This document shows, piece after piece, positions 38,662 through 48,130 of a stretch of 64,000 bases of DNA (positions are counted from its first letter, which is position 1; each line of letters starts with the position of its first letter). The translations under genes were made by a program, and so were the position numbers. Source of the DNA: Candidatus Limnocylindrales bacterium (GTDB taxonomy: Bacteria; Chloroflexota; Limnocylindria; Limnocylindrales; CSP1-4); the NCBI GenBank assembly GCA_038245845.1, contig JBBRRZ010000003.1, positions 42,871 to 106,870 on the forward strand, given 5' to 3'. The notes under the pieces were generated by a model. That model was not told where the DNA came from, ran no database searches, and saw only the letters and a list, made by a program, of their open reading frames with translations.

Positions 38662-39207
38662 CTGGACATCATCTTCTTGGTGGAGCGCCTCGAGTCGCTG
38701 ATCGCGAACGGGAAGCCACTGCCGCTGACGCGCAACGCCATCATCGACCGCGAGGCCGCCCTCAACCTCATCGACGAGCTGCGCGTCGCCGTGCCCGAGG
38801 AGGTGCGCGCCGCCAAGCGGATCAACCAGGAGGGCGAGCGGATCATCGACAAGGCCCAGGAGGAGGCGGAGCGCGTCGTGGCGCGTGCCCAGGAGCAGGC
38901 TGCCTTCCTCATCGAGGAGCGCGGGCTGACCGAGGCGGCCGCGGCGGACAGTCGCCGGATCATCGCCCTGGCCCAGGACGAGGCGGACGAGGTCCGGCGT
39001 GGCGCCGACGAATATGCTGCGGGCGTGCTCTCGGGTCTCGAGGCGGACGTCACCCGCACGCTCGCGTCCATCGAGCGCGGGATCTCGATGCTCGGCGAGC
39101 GCCAGGCCGCGTACGCGCCCCAGCCCGTCGACGACGGCCATGCCCCGGAGGCAGGCGTTGGCCACGAGGATCAGGAGGAGGGAGCCTCGCCCGCCGGGCG
39201 TCGATGA
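38662..39207 (+). CDS. Conserved-looking coiled-coil hypothetical protein (resembles families often annotated as ATPase or ATP synthase b-like)
   Basis: LDIIFLVERLESLIANGKPLPLTRNAIIDREAALNLIDELRVAVPEEVRAAKRI...QEEAERVVARAQEQA. GGGAGG lies 7 nt before the CTG at 38662. Alternative starts are TTG at 38677 and GTG at 38680. The stop overlaps the yceD ATG. Confidence 0.65.
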   Translation: MDIIFLVERLESLIANGKPLPLTRNAIIDREAALNLIDELRVAVPEEVRAAKRINQEGERIIDKAQEEAERVVARAQEQAAFLIEERGLTEAAAADSRRIIALAQDEADEVRRGADEYAAGVLSGLEADVTRTLASIERGISMLGERQAAYAPQPVDDGHAPEAGVGHEDQEEGASPAGRR

Positions 39208-39800
39208 CGGCCCGGGATCCCCAGGCGCCCTATCCGGTCGACACCAACGGCGACCCGCTGACATTCGCGATGTCGGGGCTGATGGCGGAGCCACCCGGGA
39301 CGCAGCGCGAGTACGAGATCCGCGATGTCGCGGTGGACCCGGGCGAGGGCCTCGTCGCGACCTCGCCGATCAACGGCCGGATGAGGCTCACGCGCACCAA
39401 CCGCGGGCTCATCGTGGACGCGCGGATCACCACCACCCTCGCCGGAGAGTGCGCGCGCTGCCTGCGACCCGTCCTGACCGCGATCGATGCGCGCATCGAC
39501 GAGGAGGTCCTGCCGACGATCGACCTTGCCAGCGGGCAGGCCGTGGCGCTCGAGGAGGGCGGCGACCCGGAGGCACCGCGGCTCACCGACCACCACGAGC
39601 TGGAGCTGCGCCCGCTCGTCGCGGAGGCGATCAGCCTCCAGGAACCGATCGCGCCACTGTGCGAGCCTGACTGCCCCGGCCTGTGCCCCGAGTGCGGGGA
39701 GCGGATGGAGCCCGGCCATGCGCATGGCGAGGCGCCGATCGACCCCCGGCTGGAGGCCTTGCGGGCCTTCCGGGTCGACGCAGACGCCGAGACCGGGTAG
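39204..39800 (+). CDS. yceD: YceD/DUF177 family protein (23S rRNA accumulation protein)
   Basis: ECARCLRP ... CEPDCPGLCPECG cysteine motifs. Immediately upstream of rpmF, as is almost universal. Confidence 0.88.
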   Translation: MTARDPQAPYPVDTNGDPLTFAMSGLMAEPPGTQREYEIRDVAVDPGEGLVATSPINGRMRLTRTNRGLIVDARITTTLAGECARCLRPVLTAIDARIDEEVLPTIDLASGQAVALEEGGDPEAPRLTDHHELELRPLVAEAISLQEPIAPLCEPDCPGLCPECGERMEPGHAHGEAPIDPRLEALRAFRVDADAETG

Positions 39801-39926
39801 ACTCTCCGCTCGGCCCCAGGTCACGCTGCGGCGCGTTTGCGCGCCCGCGAGCCCGGGCGGGCCACTGAACAACCGACCGCCCCGCGGGCCACGCCCGCGT
39901 CCGCAAACAAGGAGCAACAGACCGAC

Positions 39927-40139
39927 ATGGGTGTGCCGAAGCGAAAGGTCGCTCACGCGCGGCAGATGGACCGGCGGAGCCACCACGCCCTCACCCTTCC
40001 GACGCTCGTCGAGTGCCCGCATTGCCACGAGCCGAAGCTGCACTACCGGGTCTGCCCGGCCTGTGGCTGGTACAACGGTCGCCAGGCCGTGGAGCTCAAG
40101 CCGGCTGGCGGTGCGTCGGCGGGCGAGGAGTCCGCGTAA
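39927..40139 (+). CDS. rpmF: 50S ribosomal protein L32
   Basis: MGVPKRKVAHARQ N-terminus, CPHC...CPAC zinc ribbon, AAGGAG SD. A TAGACT -10-like hexamer at 39798-39803 overlaps the yceD stop. Confidence 0.95.
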   Translation: MGVPKRKVAHARQMDRRSHHALTLPTLVECPHCHEPKLHYRVCPACGWYNGRQAVELKPAGGASAGEESA

Positions 40140-40146
40140 CCCCTTC

Positions 40147-41295
40147 GTGAGCCACCCCGAGGATCCGGCACCCGCCCCTGCCGAGGACGTCACGTCCCGG
40201 TCGTCCGGTGGCGGGGTCCGCATCGCCGTCGACGCGATGGGCGGGGACCACGGCGCCTCCGAGGTCGTCCCGGGCGCCATCGCCTATGCGCAGGGCCGGC
40301 CCGACGACACGGTCATCCTCGTCGGCGATACCGCCGTCATCGAGCGCCTGGCGCCTGAGCGTCCGCCGAACGTGCGCATCGTCCACGCGTCGCAGGTGAT
40401 CGGGATGCACGAGCACCCGGCGATGGCCCTGCGCGAGAAGAAGGACGCGACAATCCTCGTCGCCATGGACCTCGTGCGCCGGGGCGACGCCGACGCGGTC
40501 GTCACGGCCGGCCACACCGGTGCCGGGATGGCTGCGGCGGTCCTGCGCCTCGGCCGCCTCAAGGGCGTCGATCGTCCCGGCCTCGCAGTCCAGATCCCCA
40601 GCGGTGGCCGCCCGTTCGTGCTCCTCGACATCGGGGCCAACCCGGACTCGACGTCCCAGAACCTCGCCCAGTTCGCACGGATGGGCGCCATCTTCTCGGA
40701 GCGCGTGCTCGGCGTGGACCGGCCGCGGGTCGCGCTGCTCTCGATCGGGGAGGAGAAGGGCAAGGGCGACGCCCGGATCGTCGGCGCGAGCGAGCTCCTG
40801 GACGGCACTGACCTCAACTTCATCGGCAACGTCGAGGGCAAGGACCTCACCCGCCAGATGGCCGACGTCGTCGTGTGCGACGCGGTCCTGGGCAACGTGG
40901 TGATCAAGTTCTTCGAGGGGCTGTCGGGCTACATCTTCGACCTGTGGCGCGAGGAGTTCAGGGGCTCCCTGCGTGGCCGGCTCGCGTATCTCCTGATGCG
41001 CCCGAGCATTGCGCGGATCCGCCACGTGTTCGACTACGAGGTGGTCGGCGGGTCGCCGCTCCTCGGGGTCCGGGGGGCCGTGATCATCACCCACGGGCGT
41101 GCGAAGCGGCGGATGATCGAGCACGCGGTCCGGGTTGGCGCGACGACGGCCCGGGAGCGGGTGCCCGAGCGGATCGCGGAGGCGCTTGCAGCTGAGGCGG
41201 CCGCGGTCCGGGCGCGTGCGGACGACGAGCACGCATCCGCCAACGCCAACATCGAGCCGCCTGACTCCGACGACGGTCCGGACGAGGCGTCGTGA
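40147..41295 (+). CDS. plsX: Phosphate acyltransferase PlsX
   Basis: IAVDAMGGDHG motif. rpmF-plsX synteny. Start uncertain (GTG at 40147 chosen). Confidence 0.9.
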   Translation: MSHPEDPAPAPAEDVTSRSSGGGVRIAVDAMGGDHGASEVVPGAIAYAQGRPDDTVILVGDTAVIERLAPERPPNVRIVHASQVIGMHEHPAMALREKKDATILVAMDLVRRGDADAVVTAGHTGAGMAAAVLRLGRLKGVDRPGLAVQIPSGGRPFVLLDIGANPDSTSQNLAQFARMGAIFSERVLGVDRPRVALLSIGEEKGKGDARIVGASELLDGTDLNFIGNVEGKDLTRQMADVVVCDAVLGNVVIKFFEGLSGYIFDLWREEFRGSLRGRLAYLLMRPSIARIRHVFDYEVVGGSPLLGVRGAVIITHGRAKRRMIEHAVRVGATTARERVPERIAEALAAEAAAVRARADDEHASANANIEPPDSDDGPDEAS

Positions 41296-41603
41296 TGCCC
41301 GCCCTGAGCGTCGGCCCGCGCGTGATCAGAGACACCGTGCGCCTTGCCGCGCTCGAGGTTCCGGGTGTGCTCCGCGTGGGTCGTGGCGGTCCCGCATGGC
41401 GTGACGCGCTGGGTGGCAACCCCGTGCGGGTGCGTGTCCGCGACGGACGCGTCCACGTGACCGTCTGGCTCGTCGCTCGTCCCCGCCAACGGCTCATCCC
41501 ACTAACCGCGCAGGTCCGTGCCGCGGTCGGCGGCGCTGTCGAGCGCCTGCTGGGCCTGGAGCTGGGCGGCGTCACCGTGCTGGTCGATGGCGTCGGGGCC
41601 TGA
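41292..41603 (+). CDS. Asp23/Gls24-family protein (YqhY-like, nusB-associated)
   Basis: 103 aa, RVIRDTVRLAALEVPGVLRV...VHVTVWLVARP. Precedes nusB, as in Firmicutes. Confidence 0.8.
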   Translation: MMPALSVGPRVIRDTVRLAALEVPGVLRVGRGGPAWRDALGGNPVRVRVRDGRVHVTVWLVARPRQRLIPLTAQVRAAVGGAVERLLGLELGGVTVLVDGVGA

Positions 41604-42054
41604 CGCCCCCCGGACGCGGCGGGGGAGCGGCGGCGAGGAGCACGTCAGGAGCCGCCGTGCCTCGCGCCGGCTCGCGCTCGCGTCCGTGTTCGAGGCGGAG
41701 TTCGGGCAGCGGACCGCCGACGCGATCCTCGAGCGCCACCTGGCCATGGAGGGCGACCCGGAGACCGCCGCGCATGCCCGCGAGCTGGTTGCGGGGGTGG
41801 TCCGCTACCGGGACGCGCTGGACACGCAGATCGAGACGGCGGCACCCCAATACCCCGTCGTCCAGCTGGCGCGGATGGACCGCGCGCTGCTCCGTTGCGC
41901 CCTGTTCGAAGTGCTACACTCCCCGGCGACGCCGGCCCGGGTGGCAATCGCCGAATGGGTCGAGCTCGCACGGACCTACTCCGGTGATCCGATGCGTCGG
42001 CTCATGAACGGCGTGCTCGGGCGGCTAGCCCGCGACCAGAGCGCAACCCGATAG
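41587..42054 (+). CDS. nusB: Transcription antitermination factor NusB
   Basis: RRASRRLALASVFEAEF...LARMDRALLRCALFEV...EWVELAR. The ATG at 41587 overlaps the upstream gene by 17 nt; start uncertain. Confidence 0.85.
   Translation: MASGPDAPRTRRGSGGEEHVRSRRASRRLALASVFEAEFGQRTADAILERHLAMEGDPETAAHARELVAGVVRYRDALDTQIETAAPQYPVVQLARMDRALLRCALFEVLHSPATPARVAIAEWVELARTYSGDPMRRLMNGVLGRLARDQSATR
41912..41920 (+). promoter_or_regulatory. Putative internal extended -10 (TGCTACACT) inside nusB, upstream of acpP
   Basis: Perfect TGnTAnnnT about 160 nt upstream of acpP. Confidence 0.3.
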
Positions 42055-42078
42055 CACACCCGCACCAGGAGGGCGTCA

Positions 42079-42315
42079 GTGGCCAGCACCTACGACCGGC
42101 TGCAGAAGATCGTCATCGAGCAGCTGGGGGTCGACGAGGCCGAGGTCAACCCCGAGGCGTCGTTCGTCGATGATCTGAACGCTGACTCGCTTGACCTCGT
42201 CGAGCTCATCATGAGCCTCGAGGAGGAGTTCGGGACCGAGATCTCCGACGAGGACGCCGAGAAGATCCGGACCGTGCAGGACGCTGTCGACTACATCGAC
42301 GAGCACTCGTCCTAG
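42079..42315 (+). CDS. acpP: Acyl carrier protein
   Basis: [13 protein letters not shown] (DSL phosphopantetheine site), 78 aa. Confidence 0.95.
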   Translation: MASTYDRLQKIVIEQLGVDEAEVNPEASFVDDLNADSLDLVELIMSLEEEFGTEISDEDAEKIRTVQDAVDYIDEHSS

Positions 42316-42335
42316 CCGCCTCGTCCGGGGGCCCG

Positions 42336-43157
42336 ATGCACCCGGCCGAGGCGCTGACGGAGCGGCTCGAGCTCCCGATCCGGGATCGCGACCTGCTCGA
42401 ACAGGCGCTGGTCCACAGCAGTTGGCTGCACGAGCATCCTGACGCTGCCCGGGGTCACAACGAGCGGCTGGAGTTCCTCGGCGATGCGGTGGTGAACCTC
42501 GCCATCTCCGAGGCGCTCTACCGGCGTCATCCGACCGACGACGAGGGCGTCCTGTCGGCGCGCCGCGCGGCGATCGTCAGCACGCCCGGGCTGGCCCGTC
42601 TCGCAGCGCGCCTCGAGCTCGGGTCCTTCCTGCTGCTGGGCGAGGGCGAGGCCCAGCGCGGCGGCCGGGTGCGCCCGTCCCTCCTCGCGTCGGCGTTCGA
42701 GGCGCTCGTCGGCGCGATCTACCTCGACCTCGGCTGGGACGTCGCGCGGGACTGGATCCACCGGCGCGCCGAACAGGAGATCTCGGCCGACCTGGGCATG
42801 ACCACGCTCAAGAGCCCCAAGAGCCGGCTCCAGGAACACACCCAGCGCACGACCGGCGACCGACCCGTCTACCACCTGCTCGAAGCGGTCGGGCCCGACC
42901 ACGAGAAGCAGTTCCGGATCGAGGTCCTCGTGGACGGGCGCGTCCTCGGCACGGGCGACGGCCTGTCGCGCAGGATCGCCGAGACATCGGCCGCCGCCGA
43001 GGCGCTCGACGTGCTCAGGGCGGAGCGCGTCGCGGCCCGCGCGGCCCGCGGGCTCGCCCCACTCGACCCTGGGGCCGAGGCGGCTGCCGGGAGTGGCGCA
43101 GGCACGGAGACCTCCGGGCACCATCCCGAGGCCACCCCCGACACGCCCGCGTCGTGA
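42336..43157 (+). CDS. rnc: Ribonuclease III
   Basis: ERLEFLGDAV signature and a C-terminal dsRBD. Confidence 0.95.
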   Translation: MHPAEALTERLELPIRDRDLLEQALVHSSWLHEHPDAARGHNERLEFLGDAVVNLAISEALYRRHPTDDEGVLSARRAAIVSTPGLARLAARLELGSFLLLGEGEAQRGGRVRPSLLASAFEALVGAIYLDLGWDVARDWIHRRAEQEISADLGMTTLKSPKSRLQEHTQRTTGDRPVYHLLEAVGPDHEKQFRIEVLVDGRVLGTGDGLSRRIAETSAAAEALDVLRAERVAARAARGLAPLDPGAEAAAGSGAGTETSGHHPEATPDTPAS

Positions 43158-46100
43158 GCGCGCCCGCCCGGCTGCTGGGCCTCCGGGTCCAGGGCTTCAA
43201 GTCCTTCGCCGAGCGGACCCTCGTCGAGTTCGGGCCGGGCATCAGCGCGATCGTCGGGCCCAATGGGTCGGGCAAGTCGAACCTCGCGGATGCGCTTCGC
43301 TGGGCGCTCGGGGAGCAGGGCCGGTCGCTCCGCATCCGCAAGAGCGAGGACGTCATCTGGGCGGGCTCCGAGAAGCGAGGCGCCCAGGGGATGGCGGATG
43401 TCACCCTCGTCCTCGACAACGCCGATGCGCTGCTGCCCGTCGAGTACAGCGTCGTGGAGCTCGGGCGGCGGCTCTACCGGAGCGGCGAGAACGACTACCT
43501 GCTCAACAGGCAGCGGGTCAGGCTCCGGGACCTCGTCGACCTCCTCGACTCCGCGAATCTCGCCGACAACGCGTTCCTGTTCATCGGGCAGGGAATGGTC
43601 GACCAGGCGCTCGCGCTGCGGCCCGAGGAGCGGCGGCCGCTGTTCGAGGAGGTCGCCGGCGTCCGTCGCCACGAGCGTCGCCGCCGCAAGGCGGAGGAGC
43701 AACTGACCGAGGCCGAGGCGAACCTCTCGCGGGCCGAGGACATCCTCGCCGAGCTGCGGCCGCAGGCCCGCCGCCTGGGGCAGCTCGCCGAGCAGCAGGC
43801 GACCCGCCTCACCGCCGGCGAGGAGCTGGCGGCTGCCCTCATCGCCGCGGCGCACGGACGCTGGCACGAAGCGGCCGCACGTGCCGCGGACGCGGAACGA
43901 CGGCGGGACGCGCTGCGGGTCGAGACGGCCCGGGCGCTCGAGGCGCTGGAGGCGGCGGAGTCCTCGGTCGCGGCGATCGCCGGGTCGATGGCTGCCCGGG
44001 CGGAGCTGGAACGGGAGCGGCGGATCGCGCACGAGGCCGCCCGGGCGGCGCTGACCGCTCTCGGGCTACGCGAGGCGCGGGCAGCGGGCGAGATCGGGGC
44101 GGCCGCCCGCGATCGTGAGCGGATCGCCACCGAGCGCGCCGCCGCGGAGGCGGACCTCGCGACGCACCGGCGCATCCTCGCGGAGGCGATCCCTGAACGT
44201 GACCTCGAGCTGGAAGCGGCGCTGGGCGATGCGGACCGGGCGCTGGCCGAGGCGCTCGCGGAGCTCGGGTCCCTGCGCGCCGCGTCGCGCGCCCGAGGCG
44301 ACGAGCTCACTGCGCTCCGACGGGCCGAGTCTGCGCGCGCCGCCGAGGCCGAGACCGCGCGCCGTCGGGCCGCGGAGACGACTCGCCGCGCCGCTGACGA
44401 ACGGGCGAAGGCAGCCGAATCGGAGGCCCGCCGGGGCCGTCTCGACGAAACGCTCGCCGGCGCACGCGAGACCCTGGCGGCGAGTGCCTTGACCGAGGCC
44501 GCGGCCGTCGCTGCGCGCGAGGCCGCCCGGGGCATCGCGGACGCGGCCGAGGGAACCCGCCGCGCGGTCGCCGAACGGGCCGCCCGGGCGGGGTCGATGC
44601 TCGCGGGGGCGCGCGGCCGCCTGGACCAGCTCGAGCGGCGCCTCGGCGAGGAAGAGGAGCGCGGGATCGCGCGGGCCGCCCGGCGCATCGGCGGGAAGCG
44701 CGTCGACGAGGACCTGGGCATCGAGCCCGCGCTGCGTTCGGCCGTGGAAGCGGCACTTGGCGAGCTCGCCCGTGCCTACGTCGTGGAGGGCGGCGGCGCC
44801 GCGTCGCTTGCCGGTGAGCGCGGCCACGTGATCGTCCGCGAACGGATCGGTGCTGCCGACCGGGTGCCCGGCGGCGGGACTGCCGGCGAGCTGCGACGCC
44901 TCGAGGATGCGCTGGCCGCGGCCGGCGGCGGGCGCCTGGTGGATGCGGTCCGCCGCGACCCGAACGGTGCGGTCCGTGCCCTCCTGACCCGGGCCGTGTG
45001 GGCCCCCGACCTCGAGGCGGCGCTCGGCTTGCAGGCGCTCCTGCCACTCGGTTGGCTCGCCGTGACCCGCGACGGGTCGGCGGTAGTGGACGCGTTCTCG
45101 GTCCGGATGGGTCGGGGCGACTCGCCGCTCGAGCGTCGAGCGGAAGCCGACAGGCTGGCACGCGAGGTGGAGGCGCTCCAGGCCGATGCGGACGTCGCCG
45201 AGGCCGAGACGACGAGCGCCGCGACCGCCGCGACCGCATCGCGGGGCGACCTTGAACGGACGCGGGCGGCGGAGTCGGCCGCGGTGTCTGCGCGGCGACG
45301 GGCGGAGGATGTCGAACGGGCCGCGGGCCGGGAGCTCGAGGCCGGGGCACGCGAGGCGGCCTGGCACGAGGCGCAGGCGGAGCGGCTGGCGTCGGATGTA
45401 CAGCGGGCAACAGCCGCGCTGGCTGTCCTCGAGGCACGACCGGGCGAGACAGGGTCACCGGTGGAGGGCACCGCCGCAGAGATGGCTGCGCTCGGTGCCT
45501 GGGAGACGCGCGTCGGGGAGCTGCGGACGCGCCGGGACGGCCTGGCAGGCGACGTCGCCGCCGGGGAGCGCACCCGCCGCGACGCGGAGGGCCGCCGGGC
45601 GCGCGCCGAGGCCGCGGTCGCCCTCGCCCAGGGCCGGATCGGGAACGCCGACCGGGACGTCGCGGTGCTCGCCGACCGGGAGCGTGCCGCGGGCGATGAG
45701 CGCGACGAGGTGGCGGGCGAGCTCGCCGCAGCGTCGGCGCGCGAGACGTCGGCTCGCGACGCCCTGGAGACGCTCCTTGCCGACGACCGTGCCGAGCGAG
45801 CGGGTCTTGCCGAGTCGGAGCGCGCCGCGACAGGGGCGCGCGAGCGCCTGCGGACCGCCGACGACCGGGCGCGGTCCTCCGATGTCGGCGCGATGGAGGC
45901 CCGGCTCAACCTCGACTCGCTCCGCGAGCAGCTCCTGGTGGAGCTCGCGGGCCTGGGCGAGGTCGGCTTGCGCCACCTGACGGCCGCGGCCGGGATCGAC
46001 CCGGACGAGGGGCGTGGAGTGACCGATCCGGTCGGCGGCCCCACGGATGATGGCCCGGGCGATGCGGCCAGGCTGGGTGCCACCGCCGATGTCGACGATG

Positions 46101-46924
46101 ACGAGGTCCCGTCCGGCGACGAGCGGTCGAACGAGGGCGCCCGCGAGGGCGTCCTGCTGGAGGCGGCGCTCGAGATCCTCGCCCCACGCTGGGCGGACGC
46201 CGCGCCGGACGGCGAGCTCCCATCGCCTGGACGTCTCGCGGTGCTCCGCCGCCGGTTCCACGAGCTCGGCGCCGCCAACCCGTTCGCGGTGGACGAGTAC
46301 CGTGCCGTCCGCGACCGGCTGGAGACGCTCGACGCCCAGGATCGCGACCTGCGCGACGCGATCGGCAAGACACGCCAGCTCATCGCGGACCTCGACGAGC
46401 TGATCGCCACCCAGTTCCGCACGACGTTCGCCCAGCTGGAGGTCGCGTTCGACGCCCGGTTCCAGCAGCTCTTCGGCGGCGGCTTCGCCAAGCTGTCCCT
46501 GACCGATCCCGCCGACTTGTCATCGACGGGCATCGAGATCACCGCCCGCCCGCCGGGCAAGAAGCCACAGGCGCTCAACATGCTCTCGGGCGGGGAGCGG
46601 ACCCTCACGGCCGTCGCCCTCCTGTTCGCGATGCTCGAAGTGCGCCCGGCGCCGTTCTGCGTGCTTGACGAGGTCGATGCCGCCCTCGACGAGGCAAACG
46701 TGGGACGCTTCACCGATGCGCTCCGCGCGCTCACCTCGAACACGCAGTTCATCGTCATCACCCACAACCGCGGCACGATCGAGGCCGCCGACGCGCTCTA
46801 CGGGGTCACGGTCGGCGACGACTCGGTCAGCCGCGTGATCAGCCTCCGCCTCGACGAGGCGCAGGCCATCGCCGACACCCGCCAGTCCGAGGTCCGCGCG
46901 GTCCTCGCCGGCGGGGCCGGCTGA
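43154..46924 (+). CDS. smc: Chromosome segregation protein SMC
   Basis: IVGPNGSGKSNLADA Walker A, long Ala/Arg/Glu coiled coils, LSGGERTLTAVALLFA signature, VLDEVDAALD Walker B. Confidence 0.95.
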   Translation: MSAPARLLGLRVQGFKSFAERTLVEFGPGISAIVGPNGSGKSNLADALRWALGEQGRSLRIRKSEDVIWAGSEKRGAQGMADVTLVLDNADALLPVEYSVVELGRRLYRSGENDYLLNRQRVRLRDLVDLLDSANLADNAFLFIGQGMVDQALALRPEERRPLFEEVAGVRRHERRRRKAEEQLTEAEANLSRAEDILAELRPQARRLGQLAEQQATRLTAGEELAAALIAAAHGRWHEAAARAADAERRRDALRVETARALEALEAAESSVAAIAGSMAARAELERERRIAHEAARAALTALGLREARAAGEIGAAARDRERIATERAAAEADLATHRRILAEAIPERDLELEAALGDADRALAEALAELGSLRAASRARGDELTALRRAESARAAEAETARRRAAETTRRAADERAKAAESEARRGRLDETLAGARETLAASALTEAAAVAAREAARGIADAAEGTRRAVAERAARAGSMLAGARGRLDQLERRLGEEEERGIARAARRIGGKRVDEDLGIEPALRSAVEAALGELARAYVVEGGGAASLAGERGHVIVRERIGAADRVPGGGTAGELRRLEDALAAAGGGRLVDAVRRDPNGAVRALLTRAVWAPDLEAALGLQALLPLGWLAVTRDGSAVVDAFSVRMGRGDSPLERRAEADRLAREVEALQADADVAEAETTSAATAATASRGDLERTRAAESAAVSARRRAEDVERAAGRELEAGAREAAWHEAQAERLASDVQRATAALAVLEARPGETGSPVEGTAAEMAALGAWETRVGELRTRRDGLAGDVAAGERTRRDAEGRRARAEAAVALAQGRIGNADRDVAVLADRERAAGDERDEVAGELAAASARETSARDALETLLADDRAERAGLAESERAATGARERLRTADDRARSSDVGAMEARLNLDSLREQLLVELAGLGEVGLRHLTAAAGIDPDEGRGVTDPVGGPTDDGPGDAARLGATADVDDDEVPSGDERSNEGAREGVLLEAALEILAPRWADAAPDGELPSPGRLAVLRRRFHELGAANPFAVDEYRAVRDRLETLDAQDRDLRDAIGKTRQLIADLDELIATQFRTTFAQLEVAFDARFQQLFGGGFAKLSLTDPADLSSTGIEITARPPGKKPQALNMLSGGERTLTAVALLFAMLEVRPAPFCVLDEVDAALDEANVGRFTDALRALTSNTQFIVITHNRGTIEAADALYGVTVGDDSVSRVISLRLDEAQAIADTRQSEVRAVLAGGAG

Positions 46925-46936
46925 CCGGGAGGTCCC

Positions 46937-48130
46937 GTGCGCTTCTTTCGTCGCGGCCCGTCTGGGCAGCAGGACCCCGACCAGCCGCCGGATTCCGTCG
47001 ACGCCGACCTCCCGCCCCCCAGCGAGGACGAAGGTGGCCCGCTCGAGGATGTCATCGGCGACGAGTGGCAGGCAACCGACCAGGCTGAACCGTCCGCCAT
47101 CGAGACCCCCGCGCCCGAGCCGGTCGTCGCGCCCCAGCAGCCCGCTGGGCCCGAGCCCTCGCCCGTGGCGGAGCCGCCGGTCCAGTGGGCCTGGGGCGTG
47201 GACTGGAGCCCCGAGAAGGCCGACGAGGCCCGCCGCGAGCGTGAGCAGCAGCAGCTCGAGGCCGGTCTCGAGAAGTCCCGCACCGGGTTCGGGGCGCGGC
47301 TGCGCGGTGCCTTCGGCAGTGGCGACACGGCGGACTGGGACGATGTCGAGGAGATCCTGATCACGGGCGACGTCGGCGCGTCTCTGGCGATGGACATCGT
47401 CGAGCGAGCCCGCAAGCGCCGCAATGTCAGCCCGGAGATCGCCGTCCGCGAGGAGCTCGCCGCCCTGCTCGCCCCCCGTGACGCCGGACACTGGGAGCCC
47501 ACGCCGGCCGTCGAGGGTGGCCCGGCGATCGTCCTCGTCGTGGGCGTCAACGGCACGGGCAAGACCACGACCATCGGCAAGCTCGCCGCCCGCGAACGGG
47601 CGAATGGGCGCCGGGTGCTGCTCGCCGCCGCGGACACCTTCCGCGCGGCCGCGATCGACCAGCTGCGGATCTGGGCACAGCGCACCGAGAGCGAGATCAT
47701 CGCCCACGCCCCCAACGCCGACCCCGCTGCGGTCGTGTTCGACGCCCTGGACGCCGCGATCGCGCGCCACGCCGACCTGATCATCGCGGACACGGCGGGG
47801 CGGCTGCACACGAAGGCGAACCTGATGGACGAGCTGTCGAAGGTCCGTCGGGTCATCGACAAGCGCCTCCCGGGCGCCCGTGTCGAGACGTTCTTCGTCC
47901 TTGACGCGACGACCGGGCAGAACGGCCTCGCGCAGGCCAAGGCGTTCCACGAGGCGGTCGGCCTGACCGGGGTGGTCCTCACGAAGCTCGATTCGACCGC
48001 GAAGGGCGGGATCGTGTTCGCGATCGAGAAGGAGCTCGGCGTGCCCGTCCGGTTCGTCGGGGTGGGGGAGAAGGCCGGGGATCTCCTGCCCTTCGACCCA
48101 GCGTCCTTCGTCGCGGCCCTGTTCGACTAG
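46937..48130 (+). CDS. ftsY: Signal recognition particle receptor FtsY
   Basis: Acidic N-domain, [28 protein letters not shown]. Confidence 0.95.
   Translation: MRFFRRGPSGQQDPDQPPDSVDADLPPPSEDEGGPLEDVIGDEWQATDQAEPSAIETPAPEPVVAPQQPAGPEPSPVAEPPVQWAWGVDWSPEKADEARREREQQQLEAGLEKSRTGFGARLRGAFGSGDTADWDDVEEILITGDVGASLAMDIVERARKRRNVSPEIAVREELAALLAPRDAGHWEPTPAVEGGPAIVLVVGVNGTGKTTTIGKLAARERANGRRVLLAAADTFRAAAIDQLRIWAQRTESEIIAHAPNADPAAVVFDALDAAIARHADLIIADTAGRLHTKANLMDELSKVRRVIDKRLPGARVETFFVLDATTGQNGLAQAKAFHEAVGLTGVVLTKLDSTAKGGIVFAIEKELGVPVRFVGVGEKAGDLLPFDPASFVAALFD

Noticed and set aside
43800-46100. Highly repetitive-looking Ala/Arg/Glu-coding DNA in the middle of the 43154..46924 gene.
   Set aside because: This is the SMC coiled-coil arms. 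It is low-complexity coding sequence between clear Walker A and signature/Walker B head motifs, not a repeat element.
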